Origin: Candidatus Poribacteria bacterium
GTDB lineage: Bacteria > Poribacteria > WGA-4E > PCPOR2b
Length of the DNA: 64,000 nt
NCBI GenBank assembly: GCA_965218095.1
Contig: OZ244587.1
Location: 5,504,001 to 5,568,000, forward strand
Reading direction: 5' to 3'
Position 1 is the first letter of the stretch, and every line of letters begins with the position of its first letter. Shown piece by piece: positions 22,769-33,328 of this stretch. The position numbers and the translations under genes are program-made. The notes under the pieces were generated by a model, which was not told the DNA's origin, searched no databases, and worked only from the letters and a program-made list of their open reading frames with translations.

Positions 22769-23518
22769 TTAGCTCAGATAGACCTCAGCCGGGGTAGCAT
22801 AATTTAGACTCTGGTGAGGTCGCTGTTGATTATAGAAACGGATATATTGAGTTAATCCATCAAACAGGGCTTGCCCTGTTTGGTAAAGTTTGTGATAAAC
22901 ATCTTCATACTTGACGCTTCGCCAAAACCGCTCAATGTAAATGTTGTCAATGGCTCTCCCCACGCTGTCCATACTCATAGCAATACCATCGGCTTCGACC
23001 GTATCGGTGAAAGCATTGGCTGTAAACTGGACACCTTGGTCAGTATTGAAGATGATGGGGGTTGCCCCAGATAATGCGTGATGCAAAGCGTCGAGACAGA
23101 ACTGCCCTGATAGACTATTGGATAACTCCCAAGTGATGACGTAACGACTATACCAGTCGAGTATCGCCACCAGATACATAAACCCTTTATCCATCGGGAT
23201 ATAGGTAATGTCAGCCGACCAGACCTCATTGGCAGCGGTCACCTCATAGTCCCGTAATAGGTATGGGTAAATCCGATGCTCGCTGTTGATGGCTGAGGGT
23301 TTGGGATAAATCGCTTCTATACCCATCAAACGCATCAGTCGCTGGATGCGTTTGCGGTTCACACGGTAGCCAAGCCGCTTAAGATGTTGTGTCATTCGAC
23401 GACTCCCATAGAAAGGGGTTTGCAGATAGTGCTCATCTATTTGTCTCATCAGATGCAGATTGTCTGCTGACTCTGTAGCCGGTTGACAGTAGAGGGTTGA
23501 CCGGGAAAAACCGAGCAA
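22769..23518 (-). CDS. IS3-family transposase OrfB (DDE integrase core)
   Basis: WSADITY, NTDQGVQF, DNIYIERFWRSVKYE. Confidence 0.9.
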   Translation of the reverse strand: MLGFSRSTLYCQPATESADNLHLMRQIDEHYLQTPFYGSRRMTQHLKRLGYRVNRKRIQRLMRLMGIEAIYPKPSAINSEHRIYPYLLRDYEVTAANEVWSADITYIPMDKGFMYLVAILDWYSRYVITWELSNSLSGQFCLDALHHALSGATPIIFNTDQGVQFTANAFTDTVEADGIAMSMDSVGRAIDNIYIERFWRSVKYEDVYHKLYQTGQALFDGLTQYIRFYNQQRPHQSLNYATPAEVYLS

Positions 23519-23579
23519 TTCACACTGACGACGGATACTCAGTTTCAGGTGGTCGGGTTCAACGAGTGCCCGTCTCTGT

Positions 23580-23870
23580 TCAGCGGCTTGAGGCAGCTTT
23601 TTTTTTCAACCAGTCGAGTTCCATATTCAACCGCCCCATTTGCTCATACAGGCTCGACTCCCTGTCATTTTGCTCACGCTGTCGCTGGGTCGGGTTGGTA
23701 GCGAAAATATCGCTACCTTGTTCAAGCAACTGTTTCTTCCATTGGCTGATTTGGCTTGGGTGCAACTGATGCTCGCTTGCCAATTGGTTGATAGTTTTAT
23801 CGGGCTTGATGGCTTCAACGGCTATTTGAAACTTGAATTTGGCAGTATGCCGAATCCGTTTGGTTGACAT
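23580..23870 (-). CDS. IS3-family transposase OrfA
   Basis: HTH domain ending LDWLKKK at the frameshift window. Confidence 0.88.
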   Translation of the reverse strand: MSTKRIRHTAKFKFQIAVEAIKPDKTINQLASEHQLHPSQISQWKKQLLEQGSDIFATNPTQRQREQNDRESSLYEQMGRLNMELDWLKKKAASSR

Positions 23871-24121
23871 ATTCAGACCTCCATTGGTGGACGGGAGTTA
23901 GACGTTATTTCTTACTTAACTCCTGGCCCGAATATTGGGGACCATTATAAAGTATGGCTGAGATTAACTACTAAGGATAAAAAAAATAATCTAGTCAGTC
24001 TAAAGGTTATTATCCTAAATAGTAGATAATCGGTAATTGACAGGGCAAGCCGTGTGCGGTGAAAGTCGCACGCACGGTTTAGATGGGGGGGAAATTCCGT
24101 AAGGAATCTACCTATCCATAC

Positions 24122-25152
24122 GGATTGGGAAGGGTATAAAAATCAAACTGATCTGGTCGGACTATCAGTACAAAATCCCTCAAGCGATCTCAACCTATGC
24201 CAAACTGGTTAAGCGGGATAAGGTTGTCGCCATCCTGGGCTGGGGGACGGGAGACTCCGAGGCGCTGAAGACAAAAATTGTCAAAGACAAGATCCCTTAC
24301 ATTTCAGCGTCATTCTCGCAACACCTTGTCTGGCCCCCAAAATGGAACTTCCTTCCCATCAGTACATACGCCGACTAGGTGAGAATGATGATGAAATATA
24401 TCAAAGACGAGTGGGACGATCCCAGGCCGCCGAGAATGGTGCTCATCTACAACAACACGGGATATGGTCGCACCCCCGTCGAGCCTGCCAAGGCGTATGC
24501 AAAGGAGATTGGGATCGAGCTTGTCAGTACGGAGATCGTAGGGCTGCAAGACCTTGAGGCAACTTCACAATTGCTGAGAATTAAGGAGAAGGGAGCGGAC
24601 TGGGTCTTCATTCAGGAAACGTATACAGCGACAAGTACGATTCTCAAAGATGCAAAGAAACTCGGCTTAAACGACGTAATTTTCACAGGAAACTTTTGGG
24701 GGACAGGAAAGAAACTCGTGGAACTCGCAGGGGGTGCCGCGGAAGGGTACCTAGGGATTATGCCGTTTGCGATTTGGAGTGACGACAATGAAGGCGTTCG
24801 ATTTGCCAAGATGCTTAACGCGAAATATCATCCCGACATAAAGTACTGAGAACCTCAATATATGACGGGCATCGTGAACGCCATGATTATGGTTCATGCC
24901 ACCGAATTTGCCTTGAAAAACGCGGGCGGGATTCCGAAAAAGGTTAAGGGAACAGAAGTATTTAAGGCACTTGAAAGCATGCAAAATTTTGATACCAAAG
25001 GCTTGACCACGCCTGTTAGTTACAACTCGAATGAGCGTCGGGGCGCAAAGGGCTGTAAGATTGTGACGATTAAGAACGGGGAACTTTCCGCAGTAACAGA
25101 CTTTCTTGATGCCCCTCCGGTCCCCGAAAAAGAGAAGCGTGGGGAAGAGTGA
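24122..25152 (+). pseudogene. ABC transporter substrate-binding protein (LivK-like), 5'-truncated with two stops
   Basis: GIKIKLIWSDYQYKIPQAI...GWGTGDSEAL; TAG at 24376 and TGA at 24847 in one frame; N-terminus absent. Confidence 0.82.
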
Positions 25153-25274
25153 CTAACACTTAGGAAGGTTTGTACCAACATTTTATCCTTCTGAAGTTAT
25201 CTCAATCTATGATAAGATTGTGGTTTAATCGGGCACCGAATCTTTTGAAGGTTGGAAAAGAGGAGTCGAAAATT

Positions 25275-27176
25275 ATGTCTGACACCTATGAGAAAATCTA
25301 CGCACAGTCGCTAAACGAGCCGGATACTTTCTGGGCGAAAGCGGCGGAAGATGTCCACTGGTACAAAAAATGGGACAAGGTCCTTGATGACTCACGGAAG
25401 CCTTTCTACCGCTGGTTTACAGGTGGCCTGACCAACAGTTGCTACAACGCCCTCGATCTGCATGTGGAAAACGGACGCGCTAACCAGCTAGCGCTCATCT
25501 ACGACAGTTCCGTCACGGGAACCATCAAGACTTTCACCTACCGTGAACTTCGGGACGAGGTCGCATGTTTCGCCGGTGTCCTCGTTGCTCAGGGCGTTCA
25601 GAAAGGCGATCGGGTGATTATTTACATGCCCATGGTGCCCGAAGCAGTTATCGCCATGCTCGCTTGCGCTCGGATCGGAACTATTCACTCAGTTGTCTTC
25701 GGAGGCTTCGCCGCCAACGAATTGGCGACCCGCATTGATGATGCGAAACCGAAGCTCATCGTCTCCGCTTCGTGCGGCATCGAAGTGAACCGGATCGTAT
25801 CGTATAAGCCCCTGCTCGATAGAGCCATTGAACTCGCAAAGGCAAAACCTTCGCGGTGTATTATCTTACAGCGTCCCCAAGAACAGGCATCCATGGTCGC
25901 CGGACGCGATTTGGATTGGTCGGAACTCATGGACAGTGCGGTGCCAGTCGATTGCGTCCCGATTGCTGCGACAGACCCGCTTTATATCCTCTACACTTCT
26001 GGCACAACGGGCGTACCGAAAGGCGTTGTACGCGATAACGGAGGCCATCTGGTCGCGCTTAAGTGGAGTATGAAACACATCTACGGCGTGGAGACCGGCG
26101 AAGTATACTGGGCGGCTTCTGACGTGGGTTGGGTTGTTGGCCACTCTTATATCGTCTATGCTCCCCTTTTCAAAGGCTGCACGACGGTTTTGTACGAGGG
26201 GAAACCGGTTGGCACCCCCGACCCTGGTGCATTCTGGCGAGTCATTTCTCAGCATGGGGTGAGTCTCTTATTCACAGCGCCAACTGCCTTCCGAGCCATT
26301 AAACGCGAGGACCCCAACGGCGATTATGTTCGCAAATATGATCTGAGCCGTTTCCGCATGCTCTTTCTTGCCGGTGAGCGATGCGACCCCGACACGCTGC
26401 TCTGGGCGCAGCAACAACTTAGCATCCCGGTGATTGACCACTGGTGGCAGACGGAAACTGGCTGGCCCATGGGGGCGAACTGCATTGGGCTTGAGACGTT
26501 TCCTGTGAAGCCGGGCTCCTGCACAAAGGCGGTTCCGGGCTATGATGTGCGTGTACTGGATGAAAACCGCGCAGAGGTGGAAGAGAATCAGATCGGCAAT
26601 ATCGTCGTCAAGTTGCCGTTGCCTCCCGGCTGCCTGCCGACGCTGTGGAACAACGACACGGGCTATCAGTCGTCTTATCTCAGCACCTATCCGGGCTATT
26701 ACCTGACAGCGGATGCCGGTTACAAAGATGAGGAAGGCTACCTATGGGTCATGAGCCGCACGGACGACATCATCAACGTGGCTGGACACCGCCTTTCGAC
26801 CGGCGCGATGGAGGAAGTCCTGGCGGCTCATCCCGACGTGGCTGAATGCGCCGTCGTCGGGGTCGCGGATGAGATCAAGGGGGAAGTTCCGATAGGCTTT
26901 ATTGTGCTGAAAGCCGGCGCTCAGCGCACCGACAATGTAATCATTCAGGAGCTTGTCCAGATGGTGCGCGAGAAGATTGGCCCCATCGCCTCCTTCCGGA
27001 TGGCGACCGTGGTGCAGTGGCTCCCCAAAACGCGGTCGGGCAAGATTCTGCGCGGGACCATGAAACAGATTGCCGATGGGGTCGAATACCGTATGCCGGC
27101 GACAATCGATGACCCGGCCATCTTGGACGAAATCACCGAAGCCCTGGCAGCTTTGGGATACCCGCGTCAAGAATAG
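25275..27176 (+). CDS. prpE: Propionyl-CoA synthetase / acetate-CoA ligase
   Basis: YTSGTTGVPKG, DHWWQTETG, PKTRSGKILR; AGGAG RBS. Confidence 0.85.
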   Translation: MSDTYEKIYAQSLNEPDTFWAKAAEDVHWYKKWDKVLDDSRKPFYRWFTGGLTNSCYNALDLHVENGRANQLALIYDSSVTGTIKTFTYRELRDEVACFAGVLVAQGVQKGDRVIIYMPMVPEAVIAMLACARIGTIHSVVFGGFAANELATRIDDAKPKLIVSASCGIEVNRIVSYKPLLDRAIELAKAKPSRCIILQRPQEQASMVAGRDLDWSELMDSAVPVDCVPIAATDPLYILYTSGTTGVPKGVVRDNGGHLVALKWSMKHIYGVETGEVYWAASDVGWVVGHSYIVYAPLFKGCTTVLYEGKPVGTPDPGAFWRVISQHGVSLLFTAPTAFRAIKREDPNGDYVRKYDLSRFRMLFLAGERCDPDTLLWAQQQLSIPVIDHWWQTETGWPMGANCIGLETFPVKPGSCTKAVPGYDVRVLDENRAEVEENQIGNIVVKLPLPPGCLPTLWNNDTGYQSSYLSTYPGYYLTADAGYKDEEGYLWVMSRTDDIINVAGHRLSTGAMEEVLAAHPDVAECAVVGVADEIKGEVPIGFIVLKAGAQRTDNVIIQELVQMVREKIGPIASFRMATVVQWLPKTRSGKILRGTMKQIADGVEYRMPATIDDPAILDEITEALAALGYPRQE

Positions 27177-27378
27177 TGGAAAGTGTAAAGTGGGAAGTTT
27201 TCTTGCCAGCGACTTCAGAGGGTGTTTGAACCAATCTTCGAAAGGTTACAATCCCGATTTGCCACGGTTTTGGGCATAAGATGGTCAAATTTTTCGACGA
27301 ACCCATCCCAAAATGAACCTTCCGAAGGGTTTCGCCGGACCTAACAAACGGGCTCTCAGGTGTTCAGGAAGTGATGAA

Positions 27379-28173
27379 ATGCTCTCACTAAACAACATCG
27401 AAGTCATTTACAACAAAGTCATCCTCGTCCTGAAAGGGGTGTCCCTTGAAGTCCCTGAGGGTGCTGTTATTTGCCTGCTCGGGGCGAACGGTGCGGGAAA
27501 GACGACAACTCTCAAAGCCATTTCGGGACTCCTAAAAGAAGAAGATGGTCAAGTCAGCGATGGATCGGTTGAATTCGACAGTATCAGGCTTGATGAAAAG
27601 GGCGCGGAGGACATCGTGCGGGCCGGCATTTCTCAGGTTATGGAGGGCAGACGAGTTTTTGTACACTTGACCGTCGAAGAAAACCTCAAAGCCGGTGCCT
27701 TCTCAAGAAAAGACAAGGGGTACATGAAACGGGATATAGAAGGGGTCTATTCTTACTTCCCACGCCTGAAAGCACTCAGGCACAGGATCTCAGGATACCT
27801 TTCAGGTGGGGAGCAACAGATGCTGGCAATTGGTAGGGCGCTTATGGCTCGCCCAAAATTGATGTTGCTTGATGAGCCATCACTCGGACTTGCGCCGTTA
27901 CTTATCGAGGAAATCTTTGATATTGTGAAAACGATAAATCATGAGGAGGGCGTGAGTGTTCTCCTTGTTGAGCAAAATGTGATGGCTGCACTGGAAATTG
28001 CCTCCCACGGTTACATTATGGAAAACGGCAGGATAGTCATGGATGGCTCTGCTGAGAAACTCAAGACAAATCCTGATGTCAAAGAGTTTTATCTCGGCCT
28101 GACAGAATTTGGTCAAAAAAAGGGCTTCAGAGGTATAAAGTATTACAAGCGGAGAAAGCGATGGCTGACATGA
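27379..28173 (+). CDS. livF: Branched-chain-type ABC transporter ATP-binding protein (LivF-like)
   Basis: GANGAGKT, LSGGEQQMLAIGRALM, KRRKRW tail. Confidence 0.9.
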   Translation: MLSLNNIEVIYNKVILVLKGVSLEVPEGAVICLLGANGAGKTTTLKAISGLLKEEDGQVSDGSVEFDSIRLDEKGAEDIVRAGISQVMEGRRVFVHLTVEENLKAGAFSRKDKGYMKRDIEGVYSYFPRLKALRHRISGYLSGGEQQMLAIGRALMARPKLMLLDEPSLGLAPLLIEEIFDIVKTINHEEGVSVLLVEQNVMAALEIASHGYIMENGRIVMDGSAEKLKTNPDVKEFYLGLTEFGQKKGFRGIKYYKRRKRWLT

Positions 28174-28239
28174 GGCAATCCTTGCGAAGGTTTGAAACCT
28201 TTGCAAGGTTGAGTACTGCCTCTCGATCAAGAGGGCAAA

Positions 28240-29454
28240 ATGGATAAAGACGAACTTCTAAGGAACAGAACAGAAAAACTCCGATAGACAGTCAAATACG
28301 CTTATAAAAACTCGCCTGCCTTTAGGGAACGGCTCGATAGCGTGGGGCTTGCACCTGAGAAGATCCGAGAGATTAAAGACCTCGATAGGGTTCCCGTCGT
28401 ACGAAAGGATGACCTTGTTGACTTGCAGGCAAAGGCCCCTCCCTTTGGCGGTTTGCACCCTGTGAACCTCCATCACCTGAAAAGGATTTTTCAATCACCG
28501 GGCCCAATTTATGACCCACAGGGGCACTCCGAGGATTACTGGAGATGGGAAGAGCCGCTGAGGATTTCGGGGTTTGGAAAAGGCGATATTGCCATCAATA
28601 CTTTTTCCTGCCATCTTTCACCAGCGGGTTTTATGTTCGATGATGGTCTCCGGGCCGTCGGGGCAACCGTGGTTCCCACGGGCGTTGGGAATACAGAGAT
28701 TCAGGTGAAAATCATCGCTGACCTCCAAGCGACCGGGTTTGTCGGAACGCCGAGTTTCCTATTAACACTTCTGAATAAGGCGAAGGAACTCGGCTCGGAT
28801 TTCACGATACAGAAAGCCTTTGTTGCCGCGGAGCCTTTTACGCCCACGCAGCGCGGGATTTTTCAGGCGCACGGTATCGATGTATATCAAGGGTATGGAA
28901 CGGCGGATGTCGGGTGCATCGCTTTTGAATGCGAAAAGAAAGAAGGCATGCACATATCGACGGACTTCATTCTTGAAATTGTTGACCCCAATACAGGGAA
29001 ACAGCTCCCACCGCAGGAAGTGGGTGAGGTGGTAGTCACATTATTTGATGAAACATATCCTTTAATCCGGTTTGGTACGGGGGATCTATCACAATTAATA
29101 TCAGTGGATTGTCCTTGTGGACTTGTCATGGAAAGAATTGCAGGTTTTATAGGCAGAATCGGTGAGGCAGTCAAGATCAGGGGGATGTTTGTGCATCTCA
29201 GGCAGGTAGCGGAGGTGATTTCCAGCTTTCCTAAACTTGGTGCCTTTGTCCTTGAAATCACGCAAGAACATGATCGGGATTTCATGAAATTGAAGGTTGA
29301 GACGAAATATCTTGAGTCTTCAGAGAGAGTTCTTGGAGAGCTTGAAGAAAGAATACAAGATGTTTTAAGGTTAAAAGCCGACAACATAGAGTTTGTTTTG
29401 AAGGAGACTTTAAAGTCAGCCCCAAAAATAATTGACAAAAGAGAATGGAAATAA
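28240..29454 (+). pseudogene. Phenylacetate-CoA ligase family protein with an early stop
   Basis: IFQSPGPIYDP, YGTADVG, RFGTGD; TAG at 28285 in frame with ATG 28240. Confidence 0.78.
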
Positions 29455-29469
29455 TATGGAGGAGAACTC

Positions 29470-30510
29470 ATGTCACACGAACACTTACTTCCTACTACCG
29501 TTATTGGTTCACACGCGCTGCCAGGCTGGTTTTGGACAGCGATGGATGCGCAGAAACGCGGTGAGTATGGGCCTACCGACGAGCGAGAGGTTTACGATGA
29601 TGCTGTCCGGCTGGCAATCTGGGATCAGAAGGAAGCCGGCATCGACACCATCACGGATGGCGAAATGCGCCGGTGGTATTTCGTGCAAAATTTCTACGGA
29701 CGGATGGAGGGATTAATTGAACGACCTGTCCTCCGCCAAACTGGATTGTATGCGTACGATAGCGTGCCACGGTATCATATCAGCGATCGTGTGCAGGTTC
29801 CGGCGGGGCTGGGCATCGTTGACGAATTTCGATTTCTGAAGGTGAACGCCGGGGAGGGACAACGAATTAAGGCGTGTTGTCCGGGGCCGCTGACCCTGAC
29901 GATGCACATCCAGATCGGCGAAGGCGATCCGTACAAAGATCGCGTCGAGCTTGGATGGGAGTTCGCTGAAGTGGTGAACCGGGAATTGAAAGCCCTTGAA
30001 GCGGAGGGATGTACGGAGGTTCAACTTGATGAGCCAAGTTTCGGCATCATCCCCGGCAAGCTCGAAGATTGGGTGGCGTTGCTCAATCGGGCGTTTGATG
30101 GGGTGTCGGCGCGAAAGAACCTGCACATCTGCTTCGGTAACCTAGGATCTCGTCCCCGTGGAAAGCGTCGATATGACTGGATGTTCCCGGCGCTGCTGGA
30201 CATGAATGCCGACTGCTTATCAATGGAGTTTGCCAACCGCGAAATGGTGGAACACGACATCTACGCCCGATTCGAGGGACAGTTTGACTTCATGGCGGGC
30301 GTAGTGGACATCAAGAGTTTTTGGAACGAACCACCCGAGGAGGTCGCCAACCATATCCGTCAGGTCTTGCAACACTGTCCCGCCGAACGGTTGAGTGTCT
30401 CGCCCGATTGCGGGTTCTTCCAACTTCCGCGCTGGCTGTGTCGGCTGAAGCTTCAAAATCTCGTTGCTGGTGCCCACATTGTCCGCGCTGAATTGGAAGG
30501 TAGGTCGTGA
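29470..30510 (+). CDS. Cobalamin-independent methionine synthase II family protein
   Basis: PTTVIGS, TDGEMRR, QLDEP, HICFGN, SPDCGF. Confidence 0.88.
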   Translation: MSHEHLLPTTVIGSHALPGWFWTAMDAQKRGEYGPTDEREVYDDAVRLAIWDQKEAGIDTITDGEMRRWYFVQNFYGRMEGLIERPVLRQTGLYAYDSVPRYHISDRVQVPAGLGIVDEFRFLKVNAGEGQRIKACCPGPLTLTMHIQIGEGDPYKDRVELGWEFAEVVNRELKALEAEGCTEVQLDEPSFGIIPGKLEDWVALLNRAFDGVSARKNLHICFGNLGSRPRGKRRYDWMFPALLDMNADCLSMEFANREMVEHDIYARFEGQFDFMAGVVDIKSFWNEPPEEVANHIRQVLQHCPAERLSVSPDCGFFQLPRWLCRLKLQNLVAGAHIVRAELEGRS

Positions 30511-30979
30511 AAACGCAGTACACCGAACAGAACCTAGTGATCGCGTGCATGTCCCGAAAGGATTGGACACCTCTGTATCTCCTCTGTTGCCCCCCAGAAT
30601 TGGTGAGTTGAAGAGAAGGACTTCGATGCCTACATCAAACCCTATATAGACTTATGAAAAGAACCACGTAGAGCCTATCCGAAGTGTCAGCATAGCCATC
30701 TAGGATCAGAAGGTGATATTTCACAATTTTCTGGCTGCTTAACGTCAGCGATTTGCGGGATTAGCTATCTGTCACATCAGGAATTTCATCGAACTTAGGC
30801 CTGATGACGAAGGTTCTTCCCGAGATTTTTCACCTTCCTGCACTTTGACGTTACGGGTGAGTCGTGCTTTGAGTTGTTCAATACGCTTCTGATAATCCGT
30901 TCTCATAATCCGTTCTCAAGATCAAAGCTTCGGCTAATTTCATTGACTTTTACCTCGATTGTATGTGTAGCTATACCTT

Positions 30980-31768
30980 CTATTTAAGATATTTGCCGGG
31001 AATGCGAGAGCCGAGATACACCCCATTCGCATCCCGATTGGCAATGACCTTGGGAATATCGCCATCCCAATAGGCGGGAGCCGTGGTGGTGGGTCGCCTG
31101 TGCCAGGCGAGGATTAGGGTTCTTCGCTGATCTGTCAGGTTTCTGTGCGCCGAGTGCAAGACGCGGGCATCCGCCAGGACGAGCGAGCCTGCTGAGGCGC
31201 ATACATTGACCTGATCCGGATGATCGCTGAACATAATCGGATGGTCTTCTTCTATAAATCGAGCGCCTTGCTCGTGGGCGGGAACGAGTTGATCGTGCAA
31301 CGGAATTCGCTTGTGATGGGTTCCGGGGATAACTTTGAGACAGCCGTTTTCAATCGTTGTATCACTCAAATAGTAATTCAGAAACATGATCTGCGGCCAT
31401 GGCGAACAAGTGATTGGATCGTTCCATTGCATCCAATCTTGGTGCCAATAGAGCGCCGGCTCTCCTGGATCTTTGGTAAGGATGATAATTCCCCCGGTAC
31501 TCTCGAAATCTCCAAAACCGAGTTGTTCTAGCGCTTGGCGCGACGGTCTCCAGTCCAACAACTTCTGAATGATCCCGTTGTCTGCCCCACGCACATTGAC
31601 GTGTTGACCCTGATACCTCACATCAGGCGGCGGCTCATGCGCATCGATTAAACGCTCCGATTCTTCTCGGAGTTCCTGCAGAAAATCTTCGGTCAAGATG
31701 TCGTCTATCACGCAGTAACCATCGCGCATCATCTGTTCTCGCTTTTCTACGGCTGCCTCTGGCGTCAC
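30980..31768 (-). CDS. Phytanoyl-CoA dioxygenase (PhyH) family protein
   Basis: WHQD, NGCLKVIPGTH, LHSA...R. Confidence 0.88.
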   Translation of the reverse strand: MTPEAAVEKREQMMRDGYCVIDDILTEDFLQELREESERLIDAHEPPPDVRYQGQHVNVRGADNGIIQKLLDWRPSRQALEQLGFGDFESTGGIIILTKDPGEPALYWHQDWMQWNDPITCSPWPQIMFLNYYLSDTTIENGCLKVIPGTHHKRIPLHDQLVPAHEQGARFIEEDHPIMFSDHPDQVNVCASAGSLVLADARVLHSAHRNLTDQRRTLILAWHRRPTTTAPAYWDGDIPKVIANRDANGVYLGSRIPGKYLK

Positions 31769-31902
31769 GTTACTCTCCTTTACATTATAATCTTTTGGTG
31801 CCTACATGAATGCTCAATGCGTATTGTAACGGTGTTGAGTTGCCTCCCGCGCAGAACGAAAAAGCGAAGCTGGCCGCGTGAGGTCAGAGCGAGCGCACGT
31901 CC

Positions 31903-31990
31903 ACCTAACGCTAGGGTTGAACTGCAACGCCAAGAAATGCGCCCGTTAAGTCCCCAAGCTTCTCGCTGTTAACTTCACCCCATTTTAGCA
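31903..31990 (-). other. attC-like integron recombination site
   Basis: Minus strand: stop codon, GGGTGAAGTT.../...GCAGTTCAACCC-TAGC-GTTAGGT; follows an AT-rich ORF tail. Confidence 0.55.
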
Positions 31991-32179
31991 TTTTTCTTTT
32001 TCAAATTGTATTAATTTGTCTTGGTACAGATCTTTAAAGAATGTTCCAAAACCAAGTTTTGCTTTATCCTTCTCAAAGATATCAAGAGGGTTTCCGTAAA
32101 GAATACTTCTTACTTTCTCTTCGGCAAGCTTTTCGATAATTTCTTCTTTGTATCTTGATAATGTTAAATTAGACATCAA
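31985..32179 (-). pseudogene. AT-rich gene 3' fragment (cassette remnant)
   Basis: Low GC, no RBS or start, ends at the attC-like site. Confidence 0.4.
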
Positions 32180-32251
32180 GATATTTTAACAGAATTTCCT
32201 CCAATAGAACATCATCTTTTGAAAGGCTTCATTCACAGTTGCATAGCGTGA

Positions 32252-33250
32252 CTACTCTTCAAACGCCGAATCAAACGCACGCGCAGACGGCTCGAAGTCG
32301 TAACCCTTGACCTTGGCGCACGCTTCGCGCGCCCCGTGCTCGCGGTCCATGCCGCTGTCTTCCCATTCAATTGATAGCGGCCCATCATATCCGATATTAT
32401 TGAGCTTCCGGATAATCTCCTCAAAATCGATGTTGCCGCGACCAATTGACCGGAAATCCCAATATCGCCGTGCGTCGCCGAAGTTCAGGTGCCCGCCAAA
32501 AACGCCGGAGAGCCGCGGCGTCGGCGACCACCACACGTCCTTCATGTGGGCGTGGTAGATGCGATCGCTGAACCGCTCAATGAATGCGACGTAATCGACG
32601 CCTTGATACCCAAGATGGCTTGGATCATAATTAAAGCCAAACGTTTCACGCCCGTTGACTGCCTCAATAGCGCGTTCCGAACTCACGATGTCGAAGGCGA
32701 TTTCGGTGGGATGAACTTCAAGTCCGAACTTGATACCAACTTCGTCGAACACATCGAAGACTGGATTCCAACGGTTGGCGAAGTCTTCAAAACCTGCGTC
32801 GATTTGCGCAGGGTCGTTGGGCGGGAATGAGTAGAGCAGATGCCAGATGCTGCTGCCGGAAAACCCGTTGACCACGCTCACGCCGAGCTTTGCGCCGGCG
32901 CGGGCGGTCTTTTTCATCTCCTCAGCGGCACGCTGACGAACTCCCTCCGTCTCGCCGTCACCCCAGACATGGAGTGGCAGGATGGCTTCGTGGCGACTGT
33001 CGATATTGTCGCAGACTGCCTGTCCGATGAGATGGTTACTAATCGCCCAGACTTTCAAACCGTACTTGGCTAAGAGATCGTGTCGCCCCTGGCAATAGCC
33101 TTCGTCTTCGAGGGCCTTATCGACTTCAAAGTGATCGCCCCAGCATGCCAATTCCAGACCATCGTATCCCCATTCGCTGGCTTTCTGAGCCAGATCTTCG
33201 ATGGGTAAATCCGCCCACTGTCCAGTAAATAGTGTCACAGGTCTTGCCAT
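32252..33250 (-). CDS. Sugar phosphate isomerase/epimerase (xylose isomerase-like TIM barrel)
   Basis: LEVHPTE, DPSH, HMKD, SIEWED. Confidence 0.9.
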   Translation of the reverse strand: MARPVTLFTGQWADLPIEDLAQKASEWGYDGLELACWGDHFEVDKALEDEGYCQGRHDLLAKYGLKVWAISNHLIGQAVCDNIDSRHEAILPLHVWGDGETEGVRQRAAEEMKKTARAGAKLGVSVVNGFSGSSIWHLLYSFPPNDPAQIDAGFEDFANRWNPVFDVFDEVGIKFGLEVHPTEIAFDIVSSERAIEAVNGRETFGFNYDPSHLGYQGVDYVAFIERFSDRIYHAHMKDVWWSPTPRLSGVFGGHLNFGDARRYWDFRSIGRGNIDFEEIIRKLNNIGYDGPLSIEWEDSGMDREHGAREACAKVKGYDFEPSARAFDSAFEE

Positions 33251-33307
33251 TTGTTACCTCCTTTAGATGGTGGTGAGTGGTGGAATGGATTAGATTTGAT
33301 AACTGTT

Positions 33308-33323
33308 AAATGTCAACAGAACC
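33308..33323. mobile_element. Solo IS5-family terminal repeat
   Basis: AAATGTCAACAGAACC-TA is identical to the IS5 ends at 53677 and 58182. Confidence 0.6.
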
Positions 33324-33328
33324 TAATA

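Larger units (their letters stand above)
22697..23949 (-). mobile_element. IS3-family insertion sequence (copy 1)
   Basis: 1253 bp, imperfect IRs TATAATGGTCCC/TAAAGTGGACCC, 3-bp TSD AAG; orfA/orfB with A9 slippery site. Confidence 0.93.
22113..24121 (+). mobile_element. ORF-less group II intron (IIA-like), interrupted by IS3
   Basis: 5' GTGCGC; DV AAGCCGTGTGCGGTGAAAGTCGCACGCACGGTT (about 24047-24079); DVI and 3' AC; EBS1 AACAAC (22428-22433) is complementary to exon end GTTGTT; about 753 nt without the IS. Confidence 0.92.

Noticed and set aside
22113-24121. Retron, DGR or RT-based defence system
   Set aside because: No reverse transcriptase ORF (no YADD-type motif) in the intron, and no TR/VR pair with adenine-specific mismatches seen
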